A stretch of 64,000 nt of DNA. Source: a bacterium. Its GTDB lineage: Bacteria > Electryoneota > JAOADG01. The notes below the pieces were generated by a model that made no database searches, was not told the DNA's origin, and saw nothing but the letters and a program-made list of their open reading frames with translations. This document shows, piece after piece, positions 58,523-64,000 of this stretch (position 1 is the first letter of the stretch; every line of letters starts with the position of its first letter). A program made the translations under genes and the position numbers. The DNA is taken from the NCBI GenBank assembly GCA_963681965.1, contig OY820579.1:1312001-1376000 (forward strand). The letters are read 5' to 3'.

Positions 58523-60050
58523 TTTTCTTACAGAAACTGAACGAACGTTGTTGCAGCGAATCGCCAACGTAGCAACCGAGCGAAATATTCCGCTCAGGAT
58601 TGTTGGTGGTTTTGTGCGCGATCGCTTGTTGCAAGCTGATAACCGATTGCTCACTCCGTTGAAACCGGAAATCGACTTTGTCACAACCAGTAATGCGATC
58701 GAGTTTTCCGAAGCATTGGCGGCAACGCTCCCCGGATCGCGCAGCTATACCTATGGTCACTTCGGTACGGCTCGCGTTGATTGGGCAGGATGGGCGCTTG
58801 AATTCGCAACGGCACGTACCGAATCGTACCACACCGACAGCCGGAATCCAGAAGTTACTCCCACCGATTTCGAGACCGATACTGCGCGCCGGGATTTCAC
58901 GGTGAATGCGATATCGTGGGGAATTACCGGCGATGAATATGGTGTCTTATTCGATCCCTTCGGTGGACTGCGCGACTTGGAGCAAAGGATACTTCGAACT
59001 CCACTTGATCCCGAAAAAACTTTTTCCGACGATCCACTCCGAATGATGCGTGCCGCCCGATTTGTCGCGAAACTTAACTTCCAACTAGAACCTGACACTG
59101 AACAAGGTATTCGCGATCAAGCGGACCGTATCCTGATCGTTCATGCCGAACGGACACTCGACGAATTTCTTCAAATGATGAGTGCTCCAAAACCGCATCT
59201 GGGACTTCAAGTACTCATCCGTACCGGAGTGTTGCAACAGTTACTCCCGGAAATCATGGCTCTCGATGGAGTCGATCAGCGTGGTCGGCATAGTCACAAA
59301 GACGTACTAGCGCACACTCTGCAAGTTGTTGAGAATGCAGCCTCTCTCACCGACGATCTCGTTGTTCGATTAGCGGCGTTATTCCATGATGTAGCGAAAC
59401 CTGCGACCAAAAAATTTGTTCCCGGCTCCGGTTGGACTTTTCACGGTCACGAGATCCTCGGCTCTAAAGTGATCAACCGCATCTTTCGTAGATTACACTT
59501 TTCCAATCAATTAACTAAACAAGTTAGTCGTGTGACGCGTCTGCACATGCGCCCCGTTTTTTTGTCGCAAGAAGGAGTGACTGACAGTGCAGTTCGTCGG
59601 TTGCGGGTGGATGCCGGAGATGATCTGGAACGGTTATTGAAACTCTGTCGAGCCGATATCACCAGCGGAAATCCGCAACGGGTGCAACAATATCTCCGAA
59701 ATTATCAACAAATGGTAATAAGGTTGGATTTGGTCGATAAACGCGACCATCTTAGTACGTTCCAATCGCCAATACGTGGCGATGAGATTGCCGAACTGTT
59801 TGGAGTTCCGCCCGGACCGCGGATCGGAATGATCAAAAGCGCTGTCGAGGAAGCCATTCTCGATGGTGAGATTCCGAATAAGTACGAAAATGCGAAACAG
59901 TGGTTGATGGAACGTAAGGAGTTTTTCTTGGCACAACCTGAAACACGCGTCCGTCGCAAATCGCTCGACGATCTCGACGAACGACAATTGGAACGAATGT
60001 TACAAGTTACCAGGGAGCAACACCATGGAAGAGATGTTACAAACGAGTAA
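58515..60050 (+). CDS. cca: CCA tRNA nucleotidyltransferase with HD domain
   Basis: VGGFVRD, EID, ATARTESY..SRNP loop, RRDFTVNA, DPFGG, DDPLRMMRAARF, HKDVLAHT, LFHDVAKP. Confidence 0.9.
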   Translation: MIDFLTETERTLLQRIANVATERNIPLRIVGGFVRDRLLQADNRLLTPLKPEIDFVTTSNAIEFSEALAATLPGSRSYTYGHFGTARVDWAGWALEFATARTESYHTDSRNPEVTPTDFETDTARRDFTVNAISWGITGDEYGVLFDPFGGLRDLEQRILRTPLDPEKTFSDDPLRMMRAARFVAKLNFQLEPDTEQGIRDQADRILIVHAERTLDEFLQMMSAPKPHLGLQVLIRTGVLQQLLPEIMALDGVDQRGRHSHKDVLAHTLQVVENAASLTDDLVVRLAALFHDVAKPATKKFVPGSGWTFHGHEILGSKVINRIFRRLHFSNQLTKQVSRVTRLHMRPVFLSQEGVTDSAVRRLRVDAGDDLERLLKLCRADITSGNPQRVQQYLRNYQQMVIRLDLVDKRDHLSTFQSPIRGDEIAELFGVPPGPRIGMIKSAVEEAILDGEIPNKYENAKQWLMERKEFFLAQPETRVRRKSLDDLDERQLERMLQVTREQHHGRDVTNE

Positions 60051-60807
60051 TAATCCTGTGGAACCGGTCATTGAACCAGTGAATCAATTGCCATCCGATC
60101 CACCATCCACAATCGGGCAAATGCTTGGTTACGTATTTTCCGACCCGATGAAGTTGGGAAATGCAATTATGATCAAATCGCACTGGTGGGTGCCGTTTTT
60201 GATTTGCGGAATTCTTTCCGGTATTTCGGCTTTCTTGACGCAAGATCAGGTGATGGCTTTGTCGGAAAAAGCCATGCGCGATTCCTTCAGCAAACAGAAT
60301 GTGCAAATGACCGAAGATCAGATTGAGACAATTGTCAATGCTTCGAAGACTGCCATGAAAGTTATCCTGCCGTTACAAGGATTCATCGGTCCGATGATCA
60401 TGGCGTTGGTGGGTGGATTGATTTTCATGTTTGTCTGCAATCTGCTGATGGGTGGAAAAGTAAAATTTGCCCACATCTTTGCCGGATTAATGTGGGTCAG
60501 TTTGCTATTCACAGCAAGTACGGTCATCAAAACACCGCTCATTATCATGCAGAACAGCGCGATGGTTGCAATAGGACCCGCTGTGTTACTCCCGGAAGGG
60601 ACGACATCAGGATTTATGTTTGTGCTTTTATCCGGACTCGATTTATTCATGGTCTGGCAAGTTTTAGCATTCGGTGTGGTGTTATCTGCCTTCTACCAGT
60701 GGAGTAAGGGTAAGGGAATGACCGTTTCGGTGGCTATATATATGGGCTTCATCTTGATCGCCGCAGCACTCAGCGCGATGGGGAGTGGTGGCATTAAAGT
60801 CGGATAA
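60025..60807 (+). CDS. Yip1-family membrane protein (YknW-like)
   Basis: VFSDP, WWVP, ~5 TM helices, LDLFMVW; upstream of TolC-MFP-ABC genes. Confidence 0.8.
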   Translation: MEEMLQTSNNPVEPVIEPVNQLPSDPPSTIGQMLGYVFSDPMKLGNAIMIKSHWWVPFLICGILSGISAFLTQDQVMALSEKAMRDSFSKQNVQMTEDQIETIVNASKTAMKVILPLQGFIGPMIMALVGGLIFMFVCNLLMGGKVKFAHIFAGLMWVSLLFTASTVIKTPLIIMQNSAMVAIGPAVLLPEGTTSGFMFVLLSGLDLFMVWQVLAFGVVLSAFYQWSKGKGMTVSVAIYMGFILIAAALSAMGSGGIKVG

Positions 60808-60829
60808 TTCGACCTCGAAGATGCGATCG

Positions 60830-60862
60830 ATGGGGCGCATTACAGCGCCCCATTTGCTTTTT
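60830..60862 (+). terminator. Intrinsic terminator
   Basis: ATGGGGCGC-ATTACA-GCGCCCCAT followed by TTGCTTTTT. Confidence 0.75.
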
Positions 60863-61294
60863 TATCTGCTGAAGTACATTAACTAGCCTGAAATCATGCA
60901 ATCTGAACCGGTTCTTGTCGTCTAAGAATTAGATGCTTAGGGTTGATTTGTCGATTTTGTGGTTGATTTCGACAATCCGATGTTGCGGAAGAGTACAATC
61001 GGAAACTAATCGATCTTGAGCGCTGTTTATTAAGTGTCCAAAGTTACTAAATTACCTGTGATTGATACTTGAATCGATAACCTTCTCCGTGTAAAGGGTC
61101 AAAATCCCATTTTACCAGTTTACCGATTCCACTGTCTAACTGAAGAACAAGATCGCACTTTCTCAAAAGAGAGGTGATGGCTTGTATATTCTGCAACCTT
61201 TTTATTCACCATCGTCACTTACACTTCGAACGACGATGATCTGTAACTCAGTGTGATATTCGCTTCACACTAGCTGAGATTTCGGGAGGAAACG

Positions 61295-62623
61295 TTGATT
61301 CGGTTTACATTACTCTGCTCAATTCTTGTCATAGCGGTTTTAATTCCCGCACTAGCTTTTGCCGCTGACCCAGCGCGCTTCGATCGCGAAAATCCGCAGA
61401 CCTTCGACGATTTATTCCGACAGGCAACGAAAACTAATCAATCGTATCGCTCGTCGTGGGAAGAACAAGTGATTGCCAAGTACACGCTGATGAAAGCGTG
61501 GGGCGATTTTATCCCCAGTGCCAGTACCCGTGCGAATTTCTCGAACAGTCATTCTTCTTCTCCGAATGCTCTGGGAATCGTTGGCTCGGACAATAGCAGC
61601 TCTAGCAGTTACAGTGCATCGTTGTCGTTGCCGATTTGGGATGGTGGTGCACGATACGGTGTCCTTAATAATGCTCGAATCGGTGCGAAATCCGCTCCGC
61701 TAATTCTTACTCAAGCGGAATGGCAACTTGCCTATTCACTCCATGCGGCATTGAATGCGGCAGTGGCTGCTACGGAAATGGTGAAGACTGCTCGTAGTTC
61801 GGTGTCGTTGAAACAGGAACTCCTTCGTTTAGCCGATGCGAAATACCGTTTGGGTGCAACGACCGAAATCGATGTATTGTCGACACAAGTGCAGTTGAAC
61901 AATGCCCAGACATCGTTGTTGCAAGCAGTTCAAGATTCCATTTTGTCACGAGTGAAATTAAATCAGGTGATCGGTGTTGCCGCGAATAGCACCTATCCAT
62001 TAGCCGAAATCGAAGATCGAACTTACGTGATTCCCGAGATTGAAAGTATCGTATCCGAAGCGAAACAGCATTCTCCGCAGGGAATTTTGGCGAATTATGA
62101 ACTCGAACGTTCGAAAAATGACTATCGTATTGCGAATGCCGCTTGGTATCCCCAAGTCGACTTATCGCAATCGTTCAATTGGTCGAATTCCGCCGATGAA
62201 GCGAATAAGTGGACTACTGCTACCCAAAATAAAAGCCAGACCTTAGGTTTATCAGTAAGTTTGCCAATATTCACTGGTTTTCAGCGAGTAGCGACGACAC
62301 AAACCGCGAAAATTGCGAAAAAAACTTCGGTATTGGATCATCAAAGTAAAATGTTGCAAATCGACGAATCGGTTCGCGACTACTATTATCGATTAGTTCG
62401 TGCGAAAGAACAGATAACCAGCGCACAGTCTAATGTCGAATTAGCCAGAAGACAACGGGAATTGGAACAGGAACGGTATCGCGTCGGTTCGTCGACGTTG
62501 CTGAATGTTCAAAACGCTCAGGATGCCGAACTTACGTCGCAGGTTCAATTGATCAATTCAAGATTGAATGAACGAACGACGAAAGCCCTTCTGGAATCGA
62601 CCATCGGACGTGCATTACAATAG
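61295..62623 (+). CDS. TolC-family outer-membrane efflux protein
   Basis: Signal peptide; two OEP repeats (FIPS...LSLPIWDGG / WYPQ...VSLPIFTGF; KYRLG / RYRVG); GGAGG RBS. Confidence 0.92.
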   Translation: MIRFTLLCSILVIAVLIPALAFAADPARFDRENPQTFDDLFRQATKTNQSYRSSWEEQVIAKYTLMKAWGDFIPSASTRANFSNSHSSSPNALGIVGSDNSSSSSYSASLSLPIWDGGARYGVLNNARIGAKSAPLILTQAEWQLAYSLHAALNAAVAATEMVKTARSSVSLKQELLRLADAKYRLGATTEIDVLSTQVQLNNAQTSLLQAVQDSILSRVKLNQVIGVAANSTYPLAEIEDRTYVIPEIESIVSEAKQHSPQGILANYELERSKNDYRIANAAWYPQVDLSQSFNWSNSADEANKWTTATQNKSQTLGLSVSLPIFTGFQRVATTQTAKIAKKTSVLDHQSKMLQIDESVRDYYYRLVRAKEQITSAQSNVELARRQRELEQERYRVGSSTLLNVQNAQDAELTSQVQLINSRLNERTTKALLESTIGRALQ

Positions 62624-62634
62624 AAGCGGAATGC

Positions 62635-63891
62635 ATGATGCTGAAGAATAAGAAAGTCTTGTGGATCTCACTCGCGGTACTACTGGTTGGTGGTGCAGTT
62701 GGCGCTAATTTTTACCGTCAGCGAGACACTGGACCCGAATCGAAGTGGGCAGTTGCGAAACAGGGAACACTGGTTGAGACCGTCTCGGGCAGTGGTCGCG
62801 TACAAAGCGAATTGGGCGTGAAGGTCTCGGCACAAGTCGCAGGGAAAATTATCCGCCTTGCTGCAAAAGAAGGAGATCATGTAACCCGTGGTCAATTCCT
62901 TGCCCAGTTGGATCGCGAGACCTATCAGGCAGTGCTTGATCGAACCCAATCGTCACTTACTTCGGCACGTGCCAATCTTGTCAAAGCTACGGCAGATGTT
63001 CGTCGATTACGCGATTTGTCAGAAAAGAGATTGGTCAGCACCAGCGAACTCGAAACGGCGGAAGCGAATCTCTCGCAAAATACCGGAATGGTTGAGCAGG
63101 GTGAAGCGGCATTGAAAGAAGCGCGCGACGCATTTTCGAAAACGACGATCGTTGCGCCGGTCGAAGGGGTTATCACCGACATCCGGAAAAAAGAAGGTGA
63201 ATTAACTCTCGGTGCACAGTTTCAGGAAGATGTCATTCTGGTGATCAGCGATCTCGGTCGGATGACGGTCGAAACCAATATCGACGAAAACGATGTAGTG
63301 AAAGTCAAAATCGGTGACTCGACGCGAGTTCTTGTCGATGCATTTCCCGATACAATTTTGATCGGGCACGTCACTGAAATTGCGCATACGGCACAAGTTT
63401 CCGGTGCAGGAACGCAGGACCAAGTCACGAATTTCCTAGTCAAGATCCGCTTGGATCAGACGCTCCCAACGCTTCGCCCCGGTATGAGCGCGACCGTTGA
63501 CGTTGTTACGGATGTTCGCGACGATGCGATCTTCGTGCCGATTCAATCGATTACCGTCCGGCAGGAAGCATTGGAAAAAAATCAAATTGAAACTGGTTCC
63601 GATGTGACAACTCAGGCACAAAAACGTTTATCCGATCGTTTGAAGCGTGAGAAATTGCCGGAAGTCGTGTTCCGTTACGATCATGGAAAAGCGGTAAAAG
63701 TACCAGTGATTACCGGCATCGCATCGAACCTCGATATTCAGATCAAGCATGGAGTCGCAATCGGCGATACCATTATCACCGGACCCTATCGCTTGGTTTC
63801 GCGCGATCTGAAAGAAGGCGATAAAGTCAAATTGGAAGATCCGAAGAAAAAAGAAGAAGAGCGGATCAAGCGGATGAAAGAAGGGAAGTAA
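62635..63891 (+). CDS. MacA-like periplasmic adaptor subunit
   Basis: VSAQVAGKI...EGDHVTRGQ, APVEGVI, IDENDV, VDAFPD, LRPGMSATV. Confidence 0.92.
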   Translation: MMLKNKKVLWISLAVLLVGGAVGANFYRQRDTGPESKWAVAKQGTLVETVSGSGRVQSELGVKVSAQVAGKIIRLAAKEGDHVTRGQFLAQLDRETYQAVLDRTQSSLTSARANLVKATADVRRLRDLSEKRLVSTSELETAEANLSQNTGMVEQGEAALKEARDAFSKTTIVAPVEGVITDIRKKEGELTLGAQFQEDVILVISDLGRMTVETNIDENDVVKVKIGDSTRVLVDAFPDTILIGHVTEIAHTAQVSGAGTQDQVTNFLVKIRLDQTLPTLRPGMSATVDVVTDVRDDAIFVPIQSITVRQEALEKNQIETGSDVTTQAQKRLSDRLKREKLPEVVFRYDHGKAVKVPVITGIASNLDIQIKHGVAIGDTIITGPYRLVSRDLKEGDKVKLEDPKKKEEERIKRMKEGK

Positions 63892-63895
63892 TCGC

Positions 63896-64000
63896 ATGAT
63901 TATCGAAATGCGCGGAATCGTCAAACGCTACCAGATGGGCGAAACCGTGGTGAATGCACTTCGAGGTGTGGACTTTGCTATCGATCGCAGCGAATATGTT
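63896..64000 (+). CDS. MacB/LolD-type ABC ATP-binding protein (5' fragment, runs off the window)
   Basis: Manual translation MIIEMRGIVKRYQMGETVVNALRGVDFAIDRSEYV. Confidence 0.85.
   Translation, partial: MIIEMRGIVKRYQMGETVVNALRGVDFAIDRSEYV

Noticed and set aside
1-64000. CRISPR arrays, IS elements, prophage, retron or DGR reverse transcriptases, tRNA/rRNA
   Set aside because: No regularly spaced direct repeats, terminal inverted repeats, transposase/integrase/RT motifs or RNA-gene signatures seen by eye.

Overview
Gene-dense 64-kb chromosomal window from a diderm bacterium. It probably belongs to the FCB superphylum (inference from a long Bacteroidetes-type LptD, a PorV-like barrel, a class I aldolase and abundant D-S/T sequons in exported proteins). 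I found no rRNA, tRNA, CRISPR array, transposase, integrase or phage gene. In order, the window holds: a heptose-type nucleotidyltransferase/kinase (cut by the left edge and absent from the ORF track) with a GmhA-like gene; ahcY behind a long structured leader; an alpha/beta-hydrolase, ImmA/IrrE peptidase, TPR protein and orphan DNA MTase; an AT-rich glycan cluster (Wzy_C, GT4, ATP-grasp, GT4); ComB; an ATPase-less MacA/MacB-permease pair; a Yej/Opp peptide ABC importer; a secreted beta-helix plus 'EYFFDxDPG'-repeat gene pair; mscS; an SMC-like/Mre11-like/queG operon; a PorV-like gene; rarA-lptD; fbaB; an Ig-like lipoprotein; SUI1; a translationally coupled GT2-sugar kinase-AsnB-divergent PdxA-rsmA operon; a patatin-barrel gene, a UshA-like CxC protein and cdd-udk-tdk-PNP; a CCA enzyme; and Yip1-TolC-MFP-ABC ATPase (cut by the right edge). 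The best leads are the GT2/kinase/AsnB/PdxA operon (PdxA has lost two substrate-binding residues), the ahcY leader RNA with a coupled uORF, the secreted repeat-protein pair, a CxxC/His-rich micro-ORF before tolC, and a stand-alone I9-propeptide-like gene behind a hairpin leader. All calls come from motif recognition by eye; no searches were run.
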